Positions 44,684 to 54,531 of a DNA stretch of 64,000 nt are shown here, one piece after another; the first letter of the stretch is position 1; the number at the start of each line of letters is the position of its first letter. The DNA is taken from positions 11,268 to 75,267 of the forward strand of contig JACRAE010000001.1 in assembly GCA_016213525.1 (NCBI GenBank). Reading direction: 5' to 3'. The DNA comes from Candidatus Aenigmatarchaeota archaeon (GTDB lineage: Archaea > Aenigmatarchaeota > Aenigmatarchaeia > CG10238-14 > SCSR01). The position numbers and the translations under genes were made by a program. The notes under the pieces are model-generated. The model made no database searches, was not told where the DNA came from, and saw nothing but the letters and a program-made list of their open reading frames with translations.

Positions 44684-45325
44684 GTGAAAGTTTCCGTGAC
44701 CCTGGGTTCTGGAAAAGTCGCCGCAACGGTCGCGGCGCTGCTGATTATTATAGCGGCGGCTGCAATCTTTATGTCAGGTAATTTTATGGCGAGCAGCGAG
44801 GGTTCACAGTCGGTTGGCTCGGGCGTCGCGGTCCTGGAGACGAGCATGGGAGAGGTGAGGATAGAGCTGTTCCTAGAGCAGAGCCCCGTGACCGCCGGGA
44901 ACTTCAAGAAGCTGGTCGAGGAGGGCTTCTACGACGGCACGAGGTTCCACCGCGTCATCGACGGCTTCATGATACAGGGCGGCGACCCGAACAGCAGGGA
45001 CGTCGGTAAGATCGGTCTGTGGGGGACCGGGAACCCGGGATACGCCATAAAGGACGAGTTCGTCGAGGGCCTGTCCAACGTCCGCGGCACGATATCGATG
45101 GCCAACTCGGGCCCGAACTCCGGCGGGTCCCAGTTTTTCATAAACGTGGCCGACAACACGAACCTCGACTGGGACAAGCCGCCGCTCAGCTCCAGGCACC
45201 CGGTGTTCGGCAGGGTAGTTGGGGGGATGGACGTCGTCGACTCCATATCCAGGACCGAGACGACGGGCGCGCCCTACGACAGGCCGGTCGAGGACGTCGT
45301 GGTAACAAGGGCCTATATGGAATGA
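44684..45325 (+). CDS. cyclophilin-type peptidyl-prolyl cis-trans isomerase with N-terminal membrane anchor
   Basis: 213 aa with a GTG start. FHRVIDGFMIQGGDP and SMANSGPNSGGSQFFI are cyclophilin motifs. Confidence 0.9.
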   Translation: MKVSVTLGSGKVAATVAALLIIIAAAAIFMSGNFMASSEGSQSVGSGVAVLETSMGEVRIELFLEQSPVTAGNFKKLVEEGFYDGTRFHRVIDGFMIQGGDPNSRDVGKIGLWGTGNPGYAIKDEFVEGLSNVRGTISMANSGPNSGGSQFFINVADNTNLDWDKPPLSSRHPVFGRVVGGMDVVDSISRTETTGAPYDRPVEDVVVTRAYME

Positions 45326-45332
45326 TCCTCTT

Positions 45333-46829
45333 CTAATCTCCGCCCAGGATGGCGTCGACGAACTTCTCGGAGTCGAACTCCTGGAAGTCCTTGTATTCCT
45401 GGCCCATCCCAAGGAAGACTATCGGCTTCTTCAGCTCGTGCGTGACGGACAGCACCGCCCCGCCCTTCTCGTTCACGTCCACCTTCGTGAAGATTACCGC
45501 GTCCACTCCAATCTCGCCGTAGGACCTGGCCTGCTCCATCGCGTCGTTCCCGGTAAGCGAGTCTATGACCAAAATCTTGATGTCTGGTTTGTTCACGCGC
45601 ACTATTTTCTTCATCTGCTCCATCAGGCTCGCGTTGGTGTGGGCCCTGCCGGCCGTGTCGGCGAGCACGAAGTCGAGCCCCTTCGCCTTCGCGTGCTCCA
45701 TCGCGTCGAATATCACTGCCGCCGGGTCTGCGCCGTATTTGTGCTTGACGACCTTCACCCCGATGTTGTTGGCGTGTATCTCGAGCTGCTCCTCGGCGCC
45801 GGCCCTGAACGTGTCCGCGGCCGCGAAGCAGCACGTGTATCCCCTGCCCTTCAGCCAGGACGCGGTCTTCGCCAGCGACGTGGTCTTGCCCGCCCCATTG
45901 AACCCCCAAAAAGCGACTAGAACGGGCTTCTTGGACTTGGCCGCGAAGTCGAAGTCCATCTTCGGCACGTCGAGTATCTCGAGCAGGCTCTTCCTGAAGG
46001 CCCCCATTATCACGTCCTTCTCCTTCCCCCTCTTTATTTCGGCGTCGACCAGCGCGTCTATCAAATCGTTCCCTATCTTGTCCGCCACCTCGACGGCGAC
46101 GTCCGCCTCGATCAGCGCCCCCTCCAGGTCGACGAGCATCGGGACGACCTCGTCCCTCGACATCTTCTTCTCCGTGACCTTCTTCACGACCTTTTCGGTC
46201 AGTTTCTTGAAGAACGACTTCTTCTCGTCCGCCGCCCCAGCCTTGATCTCAATCTCCTTGGAAACTCCCGGTGCCTCCTTTGAAACGTCCGCCGTCTTTT
46301 CGTGCGCGGCCTCTGGCAGAATTTCATCCGCAGCCCCGATCAAGTGCTCCTCGAACTTAGTTTCGGGTTCGGCGTGCCTCTGCTCTATAACGGGCTCCAC
46401 CGTCACATATTCCTTGGCGCCGTCCAGGCCGCCGGTGGGCTTCTCAAGAAGATCCTCGACCTCCACGAAACCGCCGCCCTCGGGCCTATGTTCGGACGTT
46501 TCAGACACCACAACTTCCTCCTCGGCTGGCGCCTCCTCCTTAGAATCCGGTTCCTCGGCGGCTCCCTCTGTTTTTCCAGACGGATGCTCGTCGAAGTCTA
46601 TCTCGATGACCTCCGCTTCGTCGTCGGCCTCCGTCTCCTCCGGCACGACCTCGAGGGTCGTTTCAACCCTTTCCGCCGGCCGCTGCACGGTTTCTATCTC
46701 TATCTCGCCCTGAATTTCTTGCTGCGGCGCCGCGGCGCTCTGGTCCGCCTGTTGACCCGATTTTTCCTTTACCTTGCCGGAGATCGAGTCTACGACCTCG
46801 GTCAGTTTTTTCTTGAGGAATCCAAACAT
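45333..46829 (-). CDS. ftsY: SRP receptor FtsY
   Basis: 498 aa. A long acidic N-terminal region precedes an NG domain with GFNGAGKTTS and DTAGR motifs. Confidence 0.95.
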   Translation of the reverse strand: MFGFLKKKLTEVVDSISGKVKEKSGQQADQSAAAPQQEIQGEIEIETVQRPAERVETTLEVVPEETEADDEAEVIEIDFDEHPSGKTEGAAEEPDSKEEAPAEEEVVVSETSEHRPEGGGFVEVEDLLEKPTGGLDGAKEYVTVEPVIEQRHAEPETKFEEHLIGAADEILPEAAHEKTADVSKEAPGVSKEIEIKAGAADEKKSFFKKLTEKVVKKVTEKKMSRDEVVPMLVDLEGALIEADVAVEVADKIGNDLIDALVDAEIKRGKEKDVIMGAFRKSLLEILDVPKMDFDFAAKSKKPVLVAFWGFNGAGKTTSLAKTASWLKGRGYTCCFAAADTFRAGAEEQLEIHANNIGVKVVKHKYGADPAAVIFDAMEHAKAKGLDFVLADTAGRAHTNASLMEQMKKIVRVNKPDIKILVIDSLTGNDAMEQARSYGEIGVDAVIFTKVDVNEKGGAVLSVTHELKKPIVFLGMGQEYKDFQEFDSEKFVDAILGGD

Positions 46830-46853
46830 GCCGCAGTCCTCCGATAAATGGAA

Positions 46854-47246
46854 TCAGTGCTCGTGCCCGTGGTCCATGCCGGCCGCCAGGCCCTCGAGCT
46901 CCTTTGTGGAGCTCTCTATCTCCTTCTGAATCTGGCCCAGTATGTTGTTCGCCTCGGACTTCCTGTCCTCGAGTATCTTCCTCGCCTCATCCGCGCTCTT
47001 CTCCAGCGCGACCTCGGCGCCTATCATGACGATTACCTTGCCCTCGTTCGAGGGCCTCGCATGCATGAACGCCTCCCCGCCTATGTGGAACAGCACGTCG
47101 CCCTTCGCCTTCGCCGCCTCCTCTATGCCCGCGGACGTGGCGTCTATCTCCGCAATCCTGTTCGCCAGCATCTCCCTCTGCTTCATCATGTTCTCTATCC
47201 TGGCCTCGAGCATCCTGAGGTGCATTGCCTGGTTCTCTTCCGACAT
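46854..47246 (-). CDS. pfdA: prefoldin alpha subunit
   Basis: 130 aa with coiled coils flanking a beta-hairpin core (VLFHIGGEAFMHA...VIVMIGAEVALE), adjacent to ftsY. Confidence 0.85.
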   Translation of the reverse strand: MSEENQAMHLRMLEARIENMMKQREMLANRIAEIDATSAGIEEAAKAKGDVLFHIGGEAFMHARPSNEGKVIVMIGAEVALEKSADEARKILEDRKSEANNILGQIQKEIESSTKELEGLAAGMDHGHEH

Positions 47247-47337
47247 GTGAATTATTGATGTGGCGGGACGGTTAAATATCCGCCCGGAAAGACGGGGAAA
47301 AACAATAAGTTAAGCCGCCCACAAGCTTTGTTCAGGC

Positions 47338-50300
47338 ATGGTAGCTAAGGTTCTTGTTGAAAGGGAGTCCCTTGACGTGGGGAGGGTCGCGCTCTTCGCG
47401 TCGGGCGCATTCGTCCTGATACTTCTGGTGCTGTATTTTTCGGGCGCTTTCCCGGAGCAGTCCGTCCAGAGCTTCCTGGAGAACGCAATTTCCCTGCCCG
47501 GCTACAGGGAGTTCCTCACGGTGAACCAGTTGCTCTCCTTCGGCGTCTTCCAGCACGGGGGCAACGGCTCAGTGGGGTACTACGGCATAAGCTCGTCGAA
47601 CTTCACCAATCAGAACGTGACGAACGCCACGCTCACCGGATACACCTGTTCCGGGACAAGCTGCAACTTCACGATTTTCCTGGACAACGACAACTCCACA
47701 AAAATATCGAACTACCTGAATTTCTCAGACACCATTCTGAACTATGTCCTATACAACGCCTCGGACGGCTCCCTCAGGAACGTGTCTGAGCTCGGCAAGA
47801 TAGGGCAGGGCAGCTGGAACGTCAGCAGTTCCAACCTGAACTTCACCCTGGCAGGAGGGGACGGCTTCGAATACGGCGTGCGCGACTCCCGACCGGGGGG
47901 CAGCTACTGGCTGGACGAGAACGGCTCGCTCTACGGTATGGTCAACATATCGAACGACTTCATCCGCGTCGGTATGACCGAGAGGAACTTGACGGTCTAC
48001 AACTCGTCAAATAAAATAATCTTCAATGCGAGCTTCGACGACGCGGTGAAGGTCGACGGGCAGAACCTGATCTCGCTCTACGGGGGCGGCGCGCAGAACA
48101 AGACCGTGTATTTCTTCGACTGGGCAAGCCAGACGTGGAAGATATGGCAGAAGGAATCGGAAAGTATAGTTGCAACCGGCGGCAACATAACCTACGCAGA
48201 CGGCTACACGATTCACACGTTCACCTCCAATGGGACGTTCAATGTCACGTCAGGTTCTGGCCCGGTCGAATATCTGGTTGTTGCAGGAGGCGGAGGAGGT
48301 CCCGGAAACTACGGAGGCGGAGGAGGTGCCGGAGGCTATCTGGCAGGAACGAACTACACAGTTACGCCTCAGTCTTATGCAATCACCGTCGGCGCCGGCG
48401 GCGCAGGAGGAATTGGCAACGATCAGGACGGGACGAAGGGGAGCAACTCGACTTTCGGCACGATTATCTCAAACGGCGGGGGAGGAGGAGATTCGGACCA
48501 GATTCTGAGCTCTGACAACAACGGCGGCTCTGGGGGCGGGCATAAGGCTACGACCGTGAGGACAAACGGAACTTCGGGGCAGGGATATGGAGGTGGTCTG
48601 CAGGTCGGCGGAGATCCCAACTATGCAAATGGCGGAGGCGGCGGCGCGGGCGAGCAGGGCAACGACGCTGTTTCCACTTCCGTCGCGGGTGCGGGCGGTG
48701 ATGGGTTGCAGTCGTCGATTTCTGGTGTGGCCACGTACTACGCCGGAGGCGGAGGCGGAGGGACTTGGAGCGGCGGGACCGTCGGCGCTGGTGGCTTGGG
48801 CGGTGGCGGCTCTGCTGGTGCGAGCGGCGGGGGGAACGGTGTGTCTGGAACTGCGAACACGGGCGGCGGTGGCGGTTCAGCTTCTTATGGCGGCGGCTAC
48901 TACAACGGTGGCTCGGGCGGTTCTGGTATCGTAATCATAAGATACAATAACACGCACGGAGTCCCCGACTGGCTCGACCCGAGGAACAAGCAGGAGTTCA
49001 AATGGAGGTACGTGCTAAGCCGCGATGCTTATCCGAATATAAATTTGACTTATCTGGTGACGGCGCACGATCCGTTTGTCAGGACTTTCGTGGACTCTGC
49101 CCAGAAACCGATTCTGGCAACCGATTTTTCAGACAACTCCACCTGGACGAAGAATGCCACCAAGGTGTACTTCACGAACGGGTATGTCCAAATAGACACG
49201 ACGACCGCCGGAACAGCCCCTCCGGACAGGATACATAGGAAGCTGCCATTCGAATTATCTGACAGGAGCTGGAAAGTGGATTTGGATATATGGCTCACGA
49301 GCGGCTCGTCGACTCAGCTCGGCCACGCCCTCGTGCTGTCCGACTCAGATCAGCTTCCATGGGGGTCCAATCAAGATTCCATCATGATATCCGGTCAGGG
49401 GGTCAACAGCTATCCAAAATGTCAGATATTTGTGGGATACAAGGACGGTGCGAGTGCTGGTGTACAATCAAGTGCCTTTTACAACCCTGGTACCGGACAA
49501 GGCTGTCAACAGTGGCATTACGTGACCGTCGAGAGGAACAGCCCGACGCGCATCACCCTCAGCGTATATTCCAACCCAGAAAGAACCAATTTAATTTACA
49601 TGGGATCTGACACCATACCGGCAACAATAGATGGACTGTCTTACGTCCAAGTGGTTCATGACGACGTTTACACAAACGAGGCCGGGCGTACGCAGACCAC
49701 CAGGGTGGACAACGTGACTCTATGGGACAGCTTCAACGGCAACAATGTCTCAATATCGTTCTCCCTCCCCGAGAACCGCACGTCCGTCACCACGGCCGAG
49801 CCCGGCCTGGTCGGGTACTGGAACCTCAACGAGGGATTTGGTCTAAACACAAGCGACACGAGCGGTTCTGGGAATACTTTCCTCTTAGGCAACGGGACCT
49901 CTGATTCGAGACCTGTCTGGGTGTCAAACTCGTCGTGTAGATTCGGTAACTGCCTAAGCTTTGACGGCGGTGATCAGGTAATGAAGAACAATCCGTCATT
50001 CCTTTCAGATCAGCAAGGCAGCGTCTCAATGTGGTTCAAATATTATGGGACAGGCGACACAGAGTCCTTGTTCGACGTCACAGACGGAGCGGCTAGCAAC
50101 GTTGATAGCTGGATAGTCTATCAGAGTACGGGGAACATACTACATCCAGCTCTGATTTACAATGACGGATCGGTAATACTGAACTCCCAGATAGGGAGCG
50201 CCATAACCGACACTAACTGGCACCATCTTGTGACAACTTCTGACGGGTCAACGATAAGGGCGTATCTTGACGGCACGGAGAGGTCGCTAACAATAGCCCA

Positions 50301-53300
50301 AGGCAGCAATACCGGACAGTGGTTCGGAGACCTTTCTTTGAACAGGGTAACAGTGGGTGCGCTTCAGTTCGATGTCACTGCCGGCTTCGATGGTCTCGTT
50401 GACGATGTTCGGGTCTATTCCAGACCACTCGGACTGAGCGAAGTCAATCAGCTCTACCTCACCGGCATCAACCAGCAGAAGCCGGGAATCTACTTCACCA
50501 AGAACAACGCGACAGACAACGAGGAGGTCCTGTTCGCAACGACGAACTTCAAGAACATCAACCACACGAGCTTCCAGATATTCTCCAACCAGACGAACTT
50601 CTTCGGCTTCAACTACACGTTCAACTCCACCATGAACCAGAACTTCATGTTCGCCCTCGGTACCATGGGCAGGATGAACACGACGGCCTTCAACCCGCAG
50701 AACAACGCGACACAGTTCTCGAACGAGCTGGTGGAGTCCGTGGCGAACAGCACGCTGACGTGGTATGACATCTTGAAGGGAACGGATTTCGAGGACGACT
50801 TCTCCAGATACTCGACCCAGGCCAGTGCGGACGCCGCGTGGGTCCCGACCGCCGACTACATGAACGTGAGCGTAACCAACGACAACTTGCAGTTCTTCGC
50901 CCAAAACGGGGCGGACAGGAAGATCTACTACGACTTCGGCAACAACATCTCGGACAGCTCGTGGGTTCTGAGGTTCAAAATGCGCTTCAGCAACATCAAC
51001 GCGGCTGCAGTGAACATATTTTTCCTCGGGATTTCCAGTACGACGGGCGCCGCGAACACGAATCAGAATTTCATACAAATAGGACCGTATTCTTCCGACT
51101 CCCTGCCTCACAACATCCTCGCCGGCGCGAACGTGAGGCAAGACCAGTCAACGTACGAGAGCCGACATTCGGACACGTACGTCGCTAACAAAGATTATTA
51201 CGTGGAACTCAGAAGGATTAGTCCCACTCTCGTGGACGCGGTTTGGTACAACGACGACGGGTACACGTCGGTTGCCCTGAAGAGGATAAACCTGACCAAC
51301 AGCGGCATGTCGAGCATAACCGGCCTCAGGTACCTGAAGCTCAATACTTATGTCACCCAAACTGGGAGCCACAGCGGGACGATAGACGACGTGCAGTTCT
51401 GGAACGGCGTGAGCTACGCCACTGGTCCGTCGACCAACGTGACCTTCAAGGGATTAGATGCATCGCAGCACAACTTCAACCAGAAGTTCAACTACGACGG
51501 CGGTGCTGTGGGAATATGGAGGTTGGACGAGGGCTCCGGGCTGAACGCGACGGACATAAGCGGGAACGGGAACACGGTGCCGATAAACGGCGCGACGTGG
51601 ATGAGCAACTCCTCATGCAGGTACGGCTCGTGCCTGAGCTTCGACGGGACCGACGACCACATACCGGTGCGCAGCGACGGGACCGGCTTCGACAGCGTCG
51701 CCTTCTGGGAGAACAAAGACTGGACCATATCAGCGTGGGTGAACAGGAAAGGCACGCCGTCCCCGCAATATTCTATAATATCCTGGGCCGACACATCCGG
51801 ATCCAACGACGGTTGGGGCCTGGAGCTGACAAGCGGTGGTCTCGTCGAATTCGGGGACTACGCCATGTCAACATATATCTACAGCACGTCGGCACTTAGT
51901 GTTGATACGTGGTACCATGTCGTTGTCAGGAAATCTGGAACTACCATAAAAATGTTTGTGAACGGCGTTGAGCAAGGATCCAAATCGCATACATCAACAT
52001 TCACTCAAGGCAGCCAGGAATTCGTAATCGGCGCAAGGAAGGAGCCCGGTTTTGACCGTTTCTGCAAATGTGTCCTCGATGATATAAGGATTTATCAGCG
52101 CGCCATGTCCGACACAGATATCCGTGACCACTACAATCACGAGGTCACGAGGTACTACGACGACTTCGGCACCGCCATCTCAGGAAAAACTTACAAATAT
52201 TTCGGCGTGGAAGACTCGAACACGACGCTGCAGCCGATTACGCCCGCGGGAACGGTGCTTCACTACAGGTTCAACGATAACTCGACCATCAAATTAACGG
52301 ACAGCTCGGGATATGGAAACAACGGATCTACGGTGAGCGGACCTGTATGGGCGGTCAATGGGTCATGTAAATTCGGCGGTTGCATGTACTTCAGCGGCGG
52401 GAGCGACTACATAGACCTGGGAAAGCCGGCTTCTCTCAGCTTACCAGATGCCATGACGTTTGCGGCATGGGTCTATCCGATTGGTACTGGCCAGCACATA
52501 GCCGGCAACTTCGACTCGGCTGGATTTAAGGCACAATGGAACATTCTCTTTTCTGACATATCCTCTGGTAGGTCCCTCATGCGTTTCCAGTCTTGTGGAG
52601 ACTCTGGATCGTGCGCTAATTATCTGAATCTAATAGGAACTTCCGCATATGCGACCTCGAACCAATGGAATCACGTTGCCGTAGTTAGGGACTCGGCTGA
52701 CGGCCAAGTGAGGCTCTACGTAAACGGAATTCAAGACGCGAATACAGCCACATCTTCTTCCAACAAAATAGCTAGCTATTCGAATGTAGGTACGAACGCT
52801 CTAGGGTCGGCCGGCACTTACTCGTCGTTTAAGTTCAGCGGATACATGGACGATGTTATTCTAGTGAACCGGTCGATTTCGACGGAAGAGATTAACAAAT
52901 TATATCTCGGTGGCTACCAGAGGCACGGCGGAGACCTCATTGGATGGTGGAAGTTCAACGAGAACACGACATCGGGCCCGACTTTGGACGGCGGTGGAAA
53001 TGGGAACACCGGAAACACCAGCGGAACGACCTGGATGAACAACGCGTCGTGTAAGATAAACGGGTGCCTGAGCTTCGACGGCGTGAACGATTACGTTAAC
53101 TTCTCGACCAATCCCGTGAAAGACAACCAGGACTACTCATTCTCAACCTGGTTCAAGGTCAATTCCCTCCCTTCTCTGAACGGCATACTGGTAAACACGT
53201 TCAGCTCCGACGTACATCAAGAAGACTTCCAAGTTAGGGTCGAGTCTGACGGTACCCTGACTTTCTGGAAACGCACCGACGGTTCAACTATAGACGCCGA

Positions 53301-54477
53301 CGCCGTGCAATGCGTGGGTTGTATACAGACCGGCGTGTGGTATAATTTAGTGGGGATTTACGATGACGCCTTGGCAAACGACCAGTCCAACCTTCCCGTG
53401 GGCTCGATGAAGCTGTATCTGAATGGCAACCTGACGGTTCAGACCCCGGTAGATACCCAGTATAATTTCGCCAGTCAGGGAAGAGGGGAGATGCAAATCG
53501 GAATCGACGACAGCTCGAACAGTTGGTACTTCAATGGAATCATTGACAATTTGAAGTTTTGGAAGCGCACGCTGACGGCGGACGAGGCTATGAACGAGTA
53601 CCTCGCAAACCAGGACCAACATTCAATTTACGGCAACATACACAGAATCGCCAGCGCGGAAGGGTTGCAGTCCGTGAGCTTCAACCTGACGGACCATGAC
53701 AGCCCGTATCAGAAGGACTATGATCAGAGATCCCTCCTGCTGGGCGTCAGCCAGATCGATACGACCGCTCCCGTCACGACGGTGCAGAGCCCGAGCAACA
53801 CTACCTATTCCGAGAGCTGGGTATGGGCGAACGTCACGGTCAGCGAGGACGTGCCGGCCGTCTACAGGAGCCTCGACTCGGGCGCGAACGTGAGCATGAC
53901 TAACAGCTCCGGGAACTGGAACGGCAACGTGTCGGGAATCTCCGACGGCGCGCACACCCTGATCTTCTACGCGACCGACGCCTCCGGCAACATAGCGGCG
54001 CCCGTGGGCGCGGGCTTCACGGTGAGCGCGACGGTCTCCATAAACATACTCAACATAAACAAGACTTTCAGCCCCCTCGTTCCCTGGTGGGTGGAGTACG
54101 TCAACATATCCGGCTACGCGGCCTACACAAACGGCACGCCTTTCGGCTCCGGGTCAATCAGGATGAACGAGACGAACGGCGGCCGCGAGACGACCCTGTG
54201 CTCGGTCAGCCCCAGCCCGTCGGGCTCCTTCTACTGCAACTTCACGTCGAAGTACCAGGTGGGCGACACCCCGATAGGGATATACGCCATCAGCGGCGGC
54301 ACCATAATCGGGAACGTGACCGGGGTGATGGAGACGAAGCCTAACTACGGCGAGAGGCCCGCGGGCCTGACGTCCAGGTCCGTCCTCGAGACGCCGTTCC
54401 CGATACAGGAGCCGTCCAGCATCATCAGGACGATAGTCGCGCGCCTCACCATATCCCGCGGTCCCGCCGGCAGCTAG
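47338..54477 (+). CDS. giant (2379 aa) membrane-anchored, sequon-rich surface protein: glycine-rich domain plus at least four LamG/ConA-like lectin-fold domains plus Ig-like C-terminal modules
   Basis: Single uninterrupted ORF with an N-terminal TM span (VALFASGAFVLILLVLYF). The Gly-rich domain is encoded at about 48180-48945 (YTIHTFTSNGTFNVTSG..VEYLVVAGGGGG ... GSGGSGIVIIRY). Four LamG-type units lie at about 49800-50460, 51500-52140, 52255-52915 and 52935-53610. Each has W.(L/F)(N/D)E...SC(R/K).G.C.(S/Y)FDG... and ends with DD(V/I)R(V/I)Y-type strands. Confidence 0.9.
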   Translation: MVAKVLVERESLDVGRVALFASGAFVLILLVLYFSGAFPEQSVQSFLENAISLPGYREFLTVNQLLSFGVFQHGGNGSVGYYGISSSNFTNQNVTNATLTGYTCSGTSCNFTIFLDNDNSTKISNYLNFSDTILNYVLYNASDGSLRNVSELGKIGQGSWNVSSSNLNFTLAGGDGFEYGVRDSRPGGSYWLDENGSLYGMVNISNDFIRVGMTERNLTVYNSSNKIIFNASFDDAVKVDGQNLISLYGGGAQNKTVYFFDWASQTWKIWQKESESIVATGGNITYADGYTIHTFTSNGTFNVTSGSGPVEYLVVAGGGGGPGNYGGGGGAGGYLAGTNYTVTPQSYAITVGAGGAGGIGNDQDGTKGSNSTFGTIISNGGGGGDSDQILSSDNNGGSGGGHKATTVRTNGTSGQGYGGGLQVGGDPNYANGGGGGAGEQGNDAVSTSVAGAGGDGLQSSISGVATYYAGGGGGGTWSGGTVGAGGLGGGGSAGASGGGNGVSGTANTGGGGGSASYGGGYYNGGSGGSGIVIIRYNNTHGVPDWLDPRNKQEFKWRYVLSRDAYPNINLTYLVTAHDPFVRTFVDSAQKPILATDFSDNSTWTKNATKVYFTNGYVQIDTTTAGTAPPDRIHRKLPFELSDRSWKVDLDIWLTSGSSTQLGHALVLSDSDQLPWGSNQDSIMISGQGVNSYPKCQIFVGYKDGASAGVQSSAFYNPGTGQGCQQWHYVTVERNSPTRITLSVYSNPERTNLIYMGSDTIPATIDGLSYVQVVHDDVYTNEAGRTQTTRVDNVTLWDSFNGNNVSISFSLPENRTSVTTAEPGLVGYWNLNEGFGLNTSDTSGSGNTFLLGNGTSDSRPVWVSNSSCRFGNCLSFDGGDQVMKNNPSFLSDQQGSVSMWFKYYGTGDTESLFDVTDGAASNVDSWIVYQSTGNILHPALIYNDGSVILNSQIGSAITDTNWHHLVTTSDGSTIRAYLDGTERSLTIAQGSNTGQWFGDLSLNRVTVGALQFDVTAGFDGLVDDVRVYSRPLGLSEVNQLYLTGINQQKPGIYFTKNNATDNEEVLFATTNFKNINHTSFQIFSNQTNFFGFNYTFNSTMNQNFMFALGTMGRMNTTAFNPQNNATQFSNELVESVANSTLTWYDILKGTDFEDDFSRYSTQASADAAWVPTADYMNVSVTNDNLQFFAQNGADRKIYYDFGNNISDSSWVLRFKMRFSNINAAAVNIFFLGISSTTGAANTNQNFIQIGPYSSDSLPHNILAGANVRQDQSTYESRHSDTYVANKDYYVELRRISPTLVDAVWYNDDGYTSVALKRINLTNSGMSSITGLRYLKLNTYVTQTGSHSGTIDDVQFWNGVSYATGPSTNVTFKGLDASQHNFNQKFNYDGGAVGIWRLDEGSGLNATDISGNGNTVPINGATWMSNSSCRYGSCLSFDGTDDHIPVRSDGTGFDSVAFWENKDWTISAWVNRKGTPSPQYSIISWADTSGSNDGWGLELTSGGLVEFGDYAMSTYIYSTSALSVDTWYHVVVRKSGTTIKMFVNGVEQGSKSHTSTFTQGSQEFVIGARKEPGFDRFCKCVLDDIRIYQRAMSDTDIRDHYNHEVTRYYDDFGTAISGKTYKYFGVEDSNTTLQPITPAGTVLHYRFNDNSTIKLTDSSGYGNNGSTVSGPVWAVNGSCKFGGCMYFSGGSDYIDLGKPASLSLPDAMTFAAWVYPIGTGQHIAGNFDSAGFKAQWNILFSDISSGRSLMRFQSCGDSGSCANYLNLIGTSAYATSNQWNHVAVVRDSADGQVRLYVNGIQDANTATSSSNKIASYSNVGTNALGSAGTYSSFKFSGYMDDVILVNRSISTEEINKLYLGGYQRHGGDLIGWWKFNENTTSGPTLDGGGNGNTGNTSGTTWMNNASCKINGCLSFDGVNDYVNFSTNPVKDNQDYSFSTWFKVNSLPSLNGILVNTFSSDVHQEDFQVRVESDGTLTFWKRTDGSTIDADAVQCVGCIQTGVWYNLVGIYDDALANDQSNLPVGSMKLYLNGNLTVQTPVDTQYNFASQGRGEMQIGIDDSSNSWYFNGIIDNLKFWKRTLTADEAMNEYLANQDQHSIYGNIHRIASAEGLQSVSFNLTDHDSPYQKDYDQRSLLLGVSQIDTTAPVTTVQSPSNTTYSESWVWANVTVSEDVPAVYRSLDSGANVSMTNSSGNWNGNVSGISDGAHTLIFYATDASGNIAAPVGAGFTVSATVSINILNINKTFSPLVPWWVEYVNISGYAAYTNGTPFGSGSIRMNETNGGRETTLCSVSPSPSGSFYCNFTSKYQVGDTPIGIYAISGGTIIGNVTGVMETKPNYGERPAGLTSRSVLETPFPIQEPSSIIRTIVARLTISRGPAGS

Positions 54478-54531
54478 AGCGCAAACAGAGTTTTTTATCC
54501 TACGGAATCGAACCTGTATCAGGAGCTTTCC

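Noticed and set aside
48280-48930. A purine-rich ggaggcggaggaggt-type repetitive DNA that might be a tandem repeat, a CRISPR-like array or a slippage tract.
   Set aside because: It has no constant repeat unit or spacer periodicity. It is simply the coding sequence of the glycine-rich domain (GGx codons) inside the intact giant ORF. The alternative-frame ORFs (48135-48515, 48587-48934 and others) are poly-Arg/Ala artefacts.
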